A DNA stretch of 64,000 nt from an uncultured Verrucomicrobiae bacterium (GTDB lineage: Bacteria > Verrucomicrobiota > Verrucomicrobiia > Chthoniobacterales > JAATET01), in assembly GCA_963719495.1 (NCBI GenBank), contig CAVRCI010000013.1:480001-544000 (forward strand), read 5' to 3'. Under the pieces are notes generated by a model. It was given only the letters and a program-made list of their open reading frames with translations, had not been told where the DNA came from and made no database searches. Made by a program: the position numbers and the translations under genes. Each line of letters starts with the position of its first letter. The stretch's first letter is position 1. Positions 39,844 through 48,849 of this stretch are shown here, one piece after another.

Positions 39844-40724
39844 CGCCGCAGCGCCCCCGACCGCTCCAACTCGACGATCAACGCCGCTGGCTCCCGCGCG
39901 CACGACGCTTCGTGATAAACGAGCCCCTCGCGCCGACACCACGTCCGCAACTCGTCCGCGAGGGTGTCACCAGCCCACCGTTCCCCGCCCGAGCCGCTCA
40001 CCGCCAGCTCCACCCCCGTCTCCGCGTCGACGACCAGCAGATCGCCCTCGAGCGAACGGCCATCCTCCGCCGGATCGAACACCCGCACGACCGCGACGTC
40101 GAATCCGCGGCTCAGCAGCCGCCGCAACGCGCGCTCGAACCCCGCGGGATCGAGAAAATCGCTGATCACCACCGCCACCGCCCGCCGCCGCGCGCGAGCG
40201 GCGACCGCTCGCAAGGTCGCCTCGAGGTCGGTTGCCCCGGAGTCCGCCTCGACCCGATCCAAAAACCCGACCACGTCGTGAAATTTCGCCCGACCCCGGA
40301 GTGGCCCGATCCGCGACCCCAAGTCGCCCGTGAAGACACCGATCGAAACGTCGTGCTGGCCCGCCAAAGCGACGTAGGCGAAAGCCCCAGCGAGCAGCCG
40401 CGCCTGATCCCACCGAGACCGCGCCTCCCCGCCTTCCACGGCGCACCGCATCGACGCGCTGCCGTCCACGAGCACCTGCACGGAGATCGATTCCTCGTCG
40501 TGGTAGAGCTTCACGAAGAGCCGATCGAGCCGGGCGTAGGCGTTCCAATCCAGCGACCGCGGATCGTCGCCCGGCGCGTAGTTGCGGTGCTCGGCGAATT
40601 CCACGCTGGACCCCGCGCGACGCGACCTCAACTCCGCCCGATGCCGACCCTCGACCGGTCGCCGTGGTGCAAACCGCAGTCGCTCCAGCGCCCGCAGGAA
40701 GGCCGGCGTGAAGAGCCGCTTCAC
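39840..40724 (-). CDS. DUF58 domain protein (MoxR-associated)
   Basis: GSSVEFAEHRNYAPGDDPRSLDWNAYAR, VDGSASM, VISDF; GTG start. Confidence 0.9.
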   Translation of the reverse strand: MKRLFTPAFLRALERLRFAPRRPVEGRHRAELRSRRAGSSVEFAEHRNYAPGDDPRSLDWNAYARLDRLFVKLYHDEESISVQVLVDGSASMRCAVEGGEARSRWDQARLLAGAFAYVALAGQHDVSIGVFTGDLGSRIGPLRGRAKFHDVVGFLDRVEADSGATDLEATLRAVAARARRRAVAVVISDFLDPAGFERALRRLLSRGFDVAVVRVFDPAEDGRSLEGDLLVVDAETGVELAVSGSGGERWAGDTLADELRTWCRREGLVYHEASCAREPAALIVELERSGALRR

Positions 40725-42520
40725 GTCCGCGGCCCCTCCAACTCCACGGCGTTCACGTCGCCCTCCGGTTGGTAGTCGGGCGTGAGCCGGTCGGGTCGCA
40801 CGAAGATCTCGTATTCCCCGAAAACGCCGACCAGCACGTAATTCATCCGCACGTGGTCGCGCACCGGGGCGGCCCAATTGCGGAAGCGTGAGTATTCCGT
40901 TTGGTTGATGTCCTCGTCGCTGATCACGACCACCGCCGGGCGTTTCTCGCTGATGTCGCGGATGGTTTTTTGGATCCACTTCGACTCCGACTCGACCGAC
41001 GCGTTGTCGTTGTAGAGATTCCGCAGGAACGAGCGGCGGTTCGTCATGAAGTTGATCGTCGGCGAATACGGGAACGTCACCACCCAGTCGTCCGGCTGCG
41101 AGTGGATCGACACCGCCTCGTAGATCGCGGCGATCCGTTCGCGCTCCCGGCGCTTCAGAAGAACCCGCACGCCGTTGTCGGCCACGAATTCGTGCGAGCG
41201 CTTCCGCTTCGCCGCGATGGTCCCCGCCGACTCCTTCGGGAGCGCGTGGGCGAAATAGATTCCCTCGCCGAGCACGCACAATCCCACGAACGCCCACCCC
41301 GGCACCCGCCACCACCACGATCCCGAAGCCCAGCGCGCCGCGTGCCAGCTCGCGCAAACCATCGCGATCAGGAACGGACACATGAACTCGCTCAGGTGCG
41401 GCGTGTCCGGGCGGAAGAAAAAATACTGAGGGAAGAGCGTGAGCGCGACGCCGAGTGTGACCAGGCAGGTGAGCGAAGCTACCCGCCGCTCGCGATCCCG
41501 CGCGATGATCGCCCAGACCAGCCCAACGCCCGCCACGACGAAAACGATCCCGCTGATCAGCAGCGGAAGGTAAAGCGAAACCACGAACGCCGCGTCGCCA
41601 AACGACTCCTGCTCGAACAAACCGCCCAGCGTCTCGCGGGGCCGCGTCGTGTCGCCCTTCGGCTCCGCCGCAACGCCTTCGGCGACCCGCCGCCAATCAC
41701 CCGCCGTCGCCCGCACCGGCTCGGTCGCCGAGAGCACCTCTTTCCCGAATTGATACCGCAACCGGCTCAACTCGGTCGGGTATTGCCCAAGAAAATCCGG
41801 CCCAAACCCCCGCCGCTGCGCGTCCAGGTAGACTGGCAGGTGCGTCGCGAAGACCCCTGCGACGAGCAGCGCCCCCGCCGCGCCCGCCCCCACCAGCCGC
41901 CGCCGGAATTTCCCCCGCACCCCCAGCGGATACAGCGCCACCAACCCCACCCCGATCACGCTCAGAAAGATCCCCAGGTCGACCCGAACCAGCAGCGTCA
42001 GACCCAGCGCCAACCCGGCCATCACCCACCACGCCCACCGCCAGCGCTCCGACCGCGGCTCCAGCACGTAGGCCTGGAGGTAAACGTAGCCCATGAGCAC
42101 TGGCAGGAATCCCATGTAATTCCGAAACAGCATCCCGGGCACCAGCACCAGCAGCACGCCGGTCCCGAGCGCCAGCCACCCGACGCCGGTCACCCGCCGC
42201 ACCGTCAGAAACCCCACAACGGCCATCGCCAGACACATCGCGAAAAAATAAATCCGCAGCGCGACGTAGTCCGGTCCGGTCACCTGAAACAGCCACGCGA
42301 TGGGATAAAACCACATCACGTTGTAACCCAGAAACGTGTCCACGATGGGCAGCGCCCCCTCGTTCAACCGCATCGCGATCACCCCCTCGGTGCCGCCCTC
42401 GCCGCCCAGGTTGAGATCGGAGCGGTAATACTGCCCGTAGTAAATGAGTGCGACGACGACCAGCAGCAGCGGACCAAATCGGCGCAACCAACCGTCGACG
42501 CGCGGAGCCAGGGATCGCAT
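40721..42520 (-). CDS. Polytopic membrane protein, probable GT-C-type glycosyltransferase
   Basis: Start MRSLAP; GEGG loop, many TMs, FFFRPDTPHL, C-terminal soluble domain. Confidence 0.65.
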   Translation of the reverse strand: MRSLAPRVDGWLRRFGPLLLVVVALIYYGQYYRSDLNLGGEGGTEGVIAMRLNEGALPIVDTFLGYNVMWFYPIAWLFQVTGPDYVALRIYFFAMCLAMAVVGFLTVRRVTGVGWLALGTGVLLVLVPGMLFRNYMGFLPVLMGYVYLQAYVLEPRSERWRWAWWVMAGLALGLTLLVRVDLGIFLSVIGVGLVALYPLGVRGKFRRRLVGAGAAGALLVAGVFATHLPVYLDAQRRGFGPDFLGQYPTELSRLRYQFGKEVLSATEPVRATAGDWRRVAEGVAAEPKGDTTRPRETLGGLFEQESFGDAAFVVSLYLPLLISGIVFVVAGVGLVWAIIARDRERRVASLTCLVTLGVALTLFPQYFFFRPDTPHLSEFMCPFLIAMVCASWHAARWASGSWWWRVPGWAFVGLCVLGEGIYFAHALPKESAGTIAAKRKRSHEFVADNGVRVLLKRRERERIAAIYEAVSIHSQPDDWVVTFPYSPTINFMTNRRSFLRNLYNDNASVESESKWIQKTIRDISEKRPAVVVISDEDINQTEYSRFRNWAAPVRDHVRMNYVLVGVFGEYEIFVRPDRLTPDYQPEGDVNAVELEGPRT

Positions 42521-42724
42521 TTCCAAATCCCGGCCAGCGAACGCCTTTCGCCGTCGCCATTCAACCGAAAACCGCGCCGCGTGTCCGACCTCCCGTGTCC
42601 GGCCCACCTTCGCTCGACCCTTGATTTCGCGGGAATACGGTGGAACGCTTTCCTCTCCCAACCCGACCACGACGCATCGCTCCGGCGCGTCCGTGCGTAT
42701 CATTCGAACAAAATCGAACAACCT

Positions 42725-43891
42725 ATGAAGACCATCACCATCGCGCAGCAAGTCGCCGCCCGCACCTACCCGCCCTTCAGCCTCTCCGGCCTCATCGAGG
42801 GCACGTTCAAACCCCGGCCCGGCCAGCGAATCTGCATCCTCATCGACCTCGATGACCCGAAGGACGTCGTCGATTTCAAATTCCTCGAAAACCCCGACCT
42901 CTCGATCCAACGCAACGCCCACCAGCACTTCCACCTCGGCCTGCAAAACGGAGTCCTCGACGAGTTGAAACTCACCGGCGGCGAGTTCATCGCCTACCAG
43001 AACGTCGGCGGCAGCAACCTCGACCTGCCCGACTACGCCATCGATTCCACGGGTAAGGAGTATTCCTTCGAGCGCGATATTTATCCGAAGTTCGACATCA
43101 TCCTCTGCATCTCGACCTGGTCGGCGACCGCGCCGCTCACGGCCTCGGCGAAGATTCACGGCTTCCGCGGCGCGACGCTCCACGGTCTCAACCAGATCAT
43201 TCTGACGACCGGACTCGCCGTCGATTACGACGAGGTGAGCGCCAACGGCGAGAAGCTCCGACTCGGCATGACGAAGGCCGACTGGATCGAGATCGACTTC
43301 GCCTTCGCGGGCGAGACCTACTCGCTCTACCTCCAGCTCGACGGCCAGGAGGCGCAGAAGAGCCACGGCCTCTGCCGCGACGAAGTGCCCGACGTGGCAA
43401 ATCTGCCTGCCGGCGAGATCTACTACGTCCCGGTGAGCGCGACCGGCACGTTCCCAATGAAATACGAGGACGGCACGATCGCCATCCAGCACGTCAGCGG
43501 AGGCCGCGTGCGGCGCGCGGAATTCGTGAAGGGCAACGTCGAGACCGTCGACGCCCACAACGCCAAGCTGAAGAGCGATCCCGTCACCGGCGAGATCGGC
43601 GAACTCGGTTTCGGCACCCAGATCCTCCCGGTCTCCGGACGCGACATTCAGGACGAAAAAATCCTCGGCACCATCCACGTCGCCACCGGGCGCAGTGACC
43701 ATCTGGGCGGCCACCTCACGCCGGACAAGTTCGTCGACGCCGGCAACGCCACGCACGACGACATCCTCTTCGCGCCCCACAAGACGCCGGAGATCGACGT
43801 CACGCAGGCCCGGATGCACCGCGACGGCGAGACGAAGATCCTCATCGAGAGCTTCGAGCCGTCCGACTACATCTACAGCCTCATCTCCTAA
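42725..43891 (+). CDS. M29/thermophilic-metalloprotease-like aminopeptidase homologue
   Basis: NLPAGEIY, IGELGFG, DEKILGTIHVATG, HDDI; start MKTITI. Confidence 0.75.
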   Translation: MKTITIAQQVAARTYPPFSLSGLIEGTFKPRPGQRICILIDLDDPKDVVDFKFLENPDLSIQRNAHQHFHLGLQNGVLDELKLTGGEFIAYQNVGGSNLDLPDYAIDSTGKEYSFERDIYPKFDIILCISTWSATAPLTASAKIHGFRGATLHGLNQIILTTGLAVDYDEVSANGEKLRLGMTKADWIEIDFAFAGETYSLYLQLDGQEAQKSHGLCRDEVPDVANLPAGEIYYVPVSATGTFPMKYEDGTIAIQHVSGGRVRRAEFVKGNVETVDAHNAKLKSDPVTGEIGELGFGTQILPVSGRDIQDEKILGTIHVATGRSDHLGGHLTPDKFVDAGNATHDDILFAPHKTPEIDVTQARMHRDGETKILIESFEPSDYIYSLIS

Positions 43892-43928
43892 CCGATTGGC
43901 CCGCCCCCGTCGCCGGGCCAACCCACCT

Positions 43929-44022
43929 TGTCATCCTGAGCGAAGCGAAGGATCTCTGGCTTCAATCTCTTAGCGGCACGAGTCGCAGGGGAGTCTGCGG
44001 TTCTTCGTTTCGCTCAGAATGA
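43929..44022. repeat. TGTCAT-GAGCGAAGCGAA inverted-repeat element, copy 2
   Basis: tgtcatcctgagcgaagcgaagga ... ttcttcgtttcgctcagaatga. Confidence 0.85.
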
Positions 44023-44058
44023 AAGGGAAGTGAAAGCCCCGGTCCCGCCCCGTTTCCC

Positions 44059-44805
44059 ATGTCCGTTTACGAATTCCCCAAGCTCGTCGCCGAGTATCTC
44101 CTGTTTCACTACGGGAATGCCGACGACGTGCTGGGCGGGATGCCTGGTCCGCGCGACGCGGTCGGCTTCGCGCAGCGGCTCGTCCGCGAGCTGCTCGATC
44201 CGTCGGCGCTTCCGCCGGACGCTCATGCGCTCGACGTGGGCTGCGCGGTCGGCGGCTCGGCTTTCGAGCTGACCCGATCCTGCGCGAAGGTCCACGGGAT
44301 CGATTTCTCCAACGCGTTCATCGCCGCAGCGAAAACGATGGCGACCGAAGGCCGTCTCGAATTCGAGAAAGTCATCGAGGGCACGATCACGAAAACGGCC
44401 ACGGCGACCCTGCCGCCGGAAGGCGACCCATCCCGCGCCACCTTCGCGATCGGCGACGCCTGCGATCTTCCCGCCGACCTCGGAGCATTCGACGTCGTCC
44501 TCGCGGCGAACCTCATCTGCCGCCTCCCCAATCCGAGTCGGTTCTTCGGCCGGCTCCCATCGCTCGTCCGCCCCGGCGGCCAGCTGCTTCTGACGACGCC
44601 CTTCACGTGGTTGGACGACTACACGCCGCGCGAACTCTGGGTTGGCGCAACGCCGGAAACGGGCCCGAGCTTCGCGGCGCTGGAAACGATCCTCGCCCCA
44701 CACTTCGAACTCCAGCATCGTGCCGACATCCCCTTCCTGATCCGTGAGCACTCCCGAAAATTCCAATACACCGTCGCCCTCGGAACCCGCTGGAAACGGC
44801 GTTGA
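44059..44805 (+). CDS. SAM methyltransferase resembling the OvoA C-terminal (mercaptohistidine N-methyltransferase) domain
   Basis: EYLLFHYG, ALDVGCAVGGSAFEL, GDACDL, ANLICRL, PFTW, IREHSRKFQY. Confidence 0.8.
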   Translation: MSVYEFPKLVAEYLLFHYGNADDVLGGMPGPRDAVGFAQRLVRELLDPSALPPDAHALDVGCAVGGSAFELTRSCAKVHGIDFSNAFIAAAKTMATEGRLEFEKVIEGTITKTATATLPPEGDPSRATFAIGDACDLPADLGAFDVVLAANLICRLPNPSRFFGRLPSLVRPGGQLLLTTPFTWLDDYTPRELWVGATPETGPSFAALETILAPHFELQHRADIPFLIREHSRKFQYTVALGTRWKRR

Positions 44806-45376
44806 CTGGGAAGGCCGCTATCAACAAAAGGACACGCCCTGGAACAAAGGCTTCGCCGCCCCACCCCTCGTCGAGTGGCTGGAATCCAACCATCTGAGCG
44901 GCAAGGTTCTCGTCCCCGGCTGCGGCACCGGCTACGACGTCCGCGAAATCGCCCGGTCGGGCGTCGAGATCGTCATCGGCCTCGACCTCGCACCCAGCGC
45001 GATCAATTTCGCCGACAGCCAACCGCGCGTCGGCTCGGAGCGCTACCGACTCGCGAATTTCCTGACCCTCCCGCCCGAACTCGTCGGCGCGTTCGACTGG
45101 ACCTTCGAGCACACCTGCTTCTGCGCGATCGACCCCGGGTTGCGGTCGACCTACGTCCGCTCCACCGCCGCCGCGCTCAAGCCTGGCGGCCACGTTCTCG
45201 CGATCTTCTACCTCGACGTCGGCGAGCGCGACGGCGGCCCGCCCTTCGGAACGACGCGCGAAGAACTCGACGACCTATTCGGACCGCTCTTCAAAACCAT
45301 CAGCGAAACCGTCCCAACCCGAGCCTACGAAGGCCGCGAAGGCTGCGAGCTCATCCGAGTCCTCCGCCTGAAATAG
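44744..45376 (+). CDS. TPMT / thiol-halide methyltransferase family protein
   Basis: WEGRY...TPW, VLVPGCGTGYD, FEHTCFCAIDP, GPPFG. Confidence 0.88.
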   Translation: MSTPENSNTPSPSEPAGNGVDWEGRYQQKDTPWNKGFAAPPLVEWLESNHLSGKVLVPGCGTGYDVREIARSGVEIVIGLDLAPSAINFADSQPRVGSERYRLANFLTLPPELVGAFDWTFEHTCFCAIDPGLRSTYVRSTAAALKPGGHVLAIFYLDVGERDGGPPFGTTREELDDLFGPLFKTISETVPTRAYEGREGCELIRVLRLK

Positions 45377-45401
45377 GCCGCTGGCCCTTGATCGACGCAA
45401 G

Positions 45402-45461
45402 GTAGCGCAAGCTTCGAGCTTGCCCGAATGCATTCCTCTGCAAGCTGGAAGCTTGCGCTCC
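45402..45461. repeat. GTAG/GGAG-type REP doublet
   Basis: gtagcgcaagcttcgagcttgc ... gcaagctggaagcttgcgctcc. Confidence 0.7.
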
Positions 45462-45475
45462 GTGTCGACCGATCT

Positions 45476-45874
45476 GGGTGTGATCGAGATTGCGTCCGGA
45501 CCGGAAGGAGAACTCCGCGCACGCCGAGACCGTCTGGCCGAGATTACGCCAGGAGGGTTGGCGACGAATCCAAGGAAGATAGCCGCGATCCAAAGCCCGG
45601 CGACGTCGGGTCTCCCGCTTCAACCCAGCTCCTCCATGGTCCCCGCGAAGTCGACCGGTAAAATGTGACGACCGTCACATTTAACAGGTAATGGAGCTTG
45701 ATGAGGCGCTCTGCCGCGGACTCCGGGGGTAGCCGGAGATTTGCTTCGCCGCGTGGGTGGTCGTATCGCCACTCGTTGGTGGACCGTGCTTTCGGCTCGG
45801 CGTGTGCCGGCCCGGTGATCCCTATTTCACTCCCACCTTCCGTCCCGGCCTTGGACGCACTTCCAATCACACCC
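45476..45874 (-). mobile_element. MITE copy B (399 bp)
   Basis: IR gggtgtgatcgagattgcgtcc / gggtgtgattggaagtgcgtcc (18/22); perfect 9-bp direct repeat gaccgatct at 45467-45475 and 45875-45883. Confidence 0.92.
45661..45682. promoter_or_regulatory. CRP/FNR-box-like palindrome in the MITE centre
   Basis: aaatgtga-cgaccg-tcacattt matches the CRP consensus AAATGTGA-N6-TCACATTT; function unproven. Confidence 0.4.
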
Positions 45875-45979
45875 GACCGATCTTCGCACCCGCTTGCCGG
45901 GTTGCCAACTCCGCCACCCGCGTCTATACCGACCTCACTCGAATCCCGCCCCGGCGGGCCAGCGAGCCATCAGCCGCCC

Positions 45980-46753
45980 GTGAAATTCAGCGCATTGACC
46001 TTCAACATGCAGTTCGGCCAAGCCTGGGATCCGGACGAACCGCTCCGGGCTCCCGTTCGCCTCGAAGACACCATCGCGTTCCTCGAAGACAATCCGCACG
46101 ACGTCTATTTCCTGCAGGAAGTCGAGCGCGCCCAACCCGGCGGCGAGCAAACCGAGCCCCCGCCGAACTTCACCCGCATCGCCGGCGCCCTCGACGCCCA
46201 CCACGCCGTTTTCGCCTACCCACCCGTCAATCCCGACGAACTCCCCTTTGGCATCGCGCTCGCGATTCTGTCCCGCACGCCGCTCGTCGATTTTCAACAC
46301 ATCGAGCTCCCCGCGCCTCCCCTCACGTTCGACTTCGAAGGCGGCACCCGGGTGCCGTCCCGCCGCCAACTCATCTCCGCCCGCACCCGCATCGCCGGTT
46401 GCGACGTCGCTCTCATGAACACCCACCTTCAGGCTTTCTTCATGATCGGATCGACCAGCCTCGAGCACCGCGGCCAGCGCGACCGCGTCGACGAAGCCTT
46501 CCGAGCCACCACCGGCCCGACGCTCTGCGGTGGCGATTTCAACTGCGCCCCCCACGAACACCTCGTCGAACAATACCGCGCCGCCGGCTACGAGACCGCG
46601 CAGGATTCCGAAATCACGTGGCGCCACCAGCCGTTCGTCACCGACCACCTGTTCTTCAACTCCGGCCTCCGCGCGACGCGCTCGGAAGTCATTCCCACCG
46701 TCTGCTCCGACCACCACGCCGTCTCCGCCGACTTCCGTTTCGTCCGCGACTGA
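45980..46753 (+). CDS. Endonuclease/exonuclease/phosphatase family protein
   Basis: TFNM, FLQEV, NTHL, GGDFN, DHLF, SDHHAV; GTG start. Confidence 0.88.
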   Translation: MKFSALTFNMQFGQAWDPDEPLRAPVRLEDTIAFLEDNPHDVYFLQEVERAQPGGEQTEPPPNFTRIAGALDAHHAVFAYPPVNPDELPFGIALAILSRTPLVDFQHIELPAPPLTFDFEGGTRVPSRRQLISARTRIAGCDVALMNTHLQAFFMIGSTSLEHRGQRDRVDEAFRATTGPTLCGGDFNCAPHEHLVEQYRAAGYETAQDSEITWRHQPFVTDHLFFNSGLRATRSEVIPTVCSDHHAVSADFRFVRD

Positions 46754-46762
46754 TCCTTTCCG

Positions 46763-47524
46763 ATGCGACTCGTCTCCTGGAACGTCAATGGCCTCCGCGC
46801 CGTCCTGAAAAAAAATTTCCTCGGCTTCCTCGCGAACGCCGAAGCCGACGTCATCTGCCTCCAGGAGATCAAGGCCCGGCCCGAGCAGGTCGCCGAAGTC
46901 GTCTGGCCCGCGGGCTATTCGATCCACTGGAATCCCGCCGACAAGCCCGGCTACTCCGGCACCGCCACGCTCACCCGCATCCCGCCGATTGCGGTGACCG
47001 CCGGCATCGACCTACCCGAACACGACACCGAAGGCCGCGTCCTCACCCTCGAATTCGACGACCATTTCCTGGTCAACGTCTACACGCCGAATTCCAAACG
47101 CGGCCTCCTGCGCCTCGACTACCGCACCAACGCCTGGGAACCCGCGTTCCGCGCCTACTTGCAAAAGCTCGACGCAAAAAAGCCCGTTGTCGTTTGCGGC
47201 GATCTCAACGTCGCCCACCGCGAGATCGACATCGCCAACCCGAAGAGCAACGTCAAAAACGCCGGCTTCACCCCCGAGGAGCGCGCCTGCCTCGACGACC
47301 TCCTCGCCGCCGGATTCGTCGACACCTTCCGCGCACTCCACCCCACCGCCACGCGGAAATACACCTGGTGGAGCTACCTGAACCAGGCCCGCGCCCGGAA
47401 CATCGGCTGGCGCATCGACTACTTCCTCGTCTCCGAGCGCATGCGCCCCCAGCTCACCGCCGCGACGATCCACCCCGAAGTCGAGGGCAGCGACCATTGC
47501 CCCGTCGGGATCGAATTGCGGTAG
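46763..47524 (+). CDS. xth: Exodeoxyribonuclease III
   Basis: SWNVNGLRA, CLQEIK, GYSG, NVYTPN, GDLNVAH, YTWWSY, GWRIDY, GSDHCP. Confidence 0.96.
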   Translation: MRLVSWNVNGLRAVLKKNFLGFLANAEADVICLQEIKARPEQVAEVVWPAGYSIHWNPADKPGYSGTATLTRIPPIAVTAGIDLPEHDTEGRVLTLEFDDHFLVNVYTPNSKRGLLRLDYRTNAWEPAFRAYLQKLDAKKPVVVCGDLNVAHREIDIANPKSNVKNAGFTPEERACLDDLLAAGFVDTFRALHPTATRKYTWWSYLNQARARNIGWRIDYFLVSERMRPQLTAATIHPEVEGSDHCPVGIELR

Positions 47525-47859
47525 CACAAGCCTTCAGCCCGCGGGCACTTCCCCCGGGCCCGACCGACCGCCATCGATCCCGAAGGGATCGCCCCCAAAC
47601 GAGGGATGAGGCACGGGTCGGGATTGAATCGCCCCCCTTCCCGAACCGGGAAGCAGGCGTTTGGCCAGCGTTGATGGTCGCTTCTCGGCACTTCCCGCTT
47701 TTGGTATCCATCCGCGTTTGACCGGTGAAACTTCGTGTCGGTGAAACTTCTTAGCTTTCCGCTCGCAACCAACTTTGCAGGGTCGTGATCCCCGTTTCGC
47801 CTCACCCCAACTTCAAAAAGTGGGAACCCGACGGCGCGGCTCCCCTACCCCGGGCGACG

Positions 47860-48231
47860 CTATTCGCGCATTTCGCGCTTTCGCATCGGCATCGCGTCGA
47901 TGAGCGCGAAGACCGCCGCCGGGTCGACCGCCTCGGACCAACGCTCCTTCACGCCACCGTCCTTGCCGACCAGCAAGATGACGTTCTCGCCCGCCGCGAC
48001 GTCCAGCTCGTCACGCAGCGCCGCGCCCTCGATCGGCAGAACAAGGACGTCGCGTTCGGCGCACTCGGCCGCGACGGCGTCCCAAGTCTTTTGAAATTTC
48101 TCCCGAAACTCCGCAGAGTCGCTTTGCCACAACACGAGCCGGTTCTTCCAGCGGTAATCCGAGAGGGAATCGGCGCGGACGGACATCGGCGGGACTAGTA
48201 AAAGCAGGAGCACAGCGATCGCGCGGATCAT
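47860..48231 (-). CDS. DUF4174-like thioredoxin-fold secreted protein
   Basis: YRWKNRLV, LVGKDGGVK, IDAMPMRKREM. Confidence 0.85.
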   Translation of the reverse strand: MIRAIAVLLLLLVPPMSVRADSLSDYRWKNRLVLWQSDSAEFREKFQKTWDAVAAECAERDVLVLPIEGAALRDELDVAAGENVILLVGKDGGVKERWSEAVDPAAVFALIDAMPMRKREMRE

Positions 48232-48584
48232 CGCTCGAGCGGGTTGGGAAATTCTTCGGTGTAATCCCGCGTGAACATCCAGCCGCCCGGTTTTTTGTCC
48301 GCGCCGTAGCTGGTGATCGTGACCGTGAGCGTGTCCGGCGTGTAGATGTAGGGCTCGCCGATGTGATCGACCAGGTCCTCGGGCGGGACGTCGAGCTCGT
48401 CGAGTGTCGCCGGGAGGCGGTCGTTCCTGTCGGCGTAGGCGATGATCGCGGCCTTGAGGTCACCCATCCGCGCCCGGTTGGTGTCGACGGGATGTTCCTT
48501 CCCGGCCGCGAAAAAGTAGTAGATCGCGATCATGGCCAGAGCCATGCCGCCAAGGACGAGAAAGAAAGAGCGCTCGGGTTTCAT
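48228..48584 (-). CDS. Small membrane-anchored protein with GspG-like pseudopilin domain
   Basis: N-terminal TM; LPATLDEL...D..GEPYIY...ITSYGADKKPGG. Confidence 0.6.
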   Translation of the reverse strand: MKPERSFFLVLGGMALAMIAIYYFFAAGKEHPVDTNRARMGDLKAAIIAYADRNDRLPATLDELDVPPEDLVDHIGEPYIYTPDTLTVTITSYGADKKPGGWMFTRDYTEEFPNPLER

Positions 48585-48796
48585 CGGAGTCGGATAAGGG
48601 TCGGAAGGTCCTAAGGTCGGAACGTCGAAAGGTCAATGCAGCCCGGCGGTGCCAGCCGACCCCTTCTGGCATTCGGAGGGCGAGGCTCCTGCCGAGCCGT
48701 GGCCTTCACGTCCGACGCCGCCTCGCTCAAAATGACAGATCGAGAGGAAAAGCGCGGCTCCGCCCTCGTCAAAACAATCGCCCCAGCGATTCAAAC

Positions 48797-48849
48797 CCGA
48801 CCTTCCGACCTTCCGACCTTCCGACCTTCCGACCTTCCGACCTTCCGAC
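48797..48849. repeat. Octamer tandem repeat (ccgacctt)x6+, with a degenerate inverted arm at 48590-48635
   Basis: Read directly; abuts the gabD stop codon. Confidence 0.92.

Noticed and set aside
45544..45870. 108-aa ORF within MITE copy B, and the N-terminal extension of ORF 45698..46753
   Set aside because: The frame is broken in copy A and has no recognisable domain; treated as noncoding, although ancestral coding origin is not excluded.
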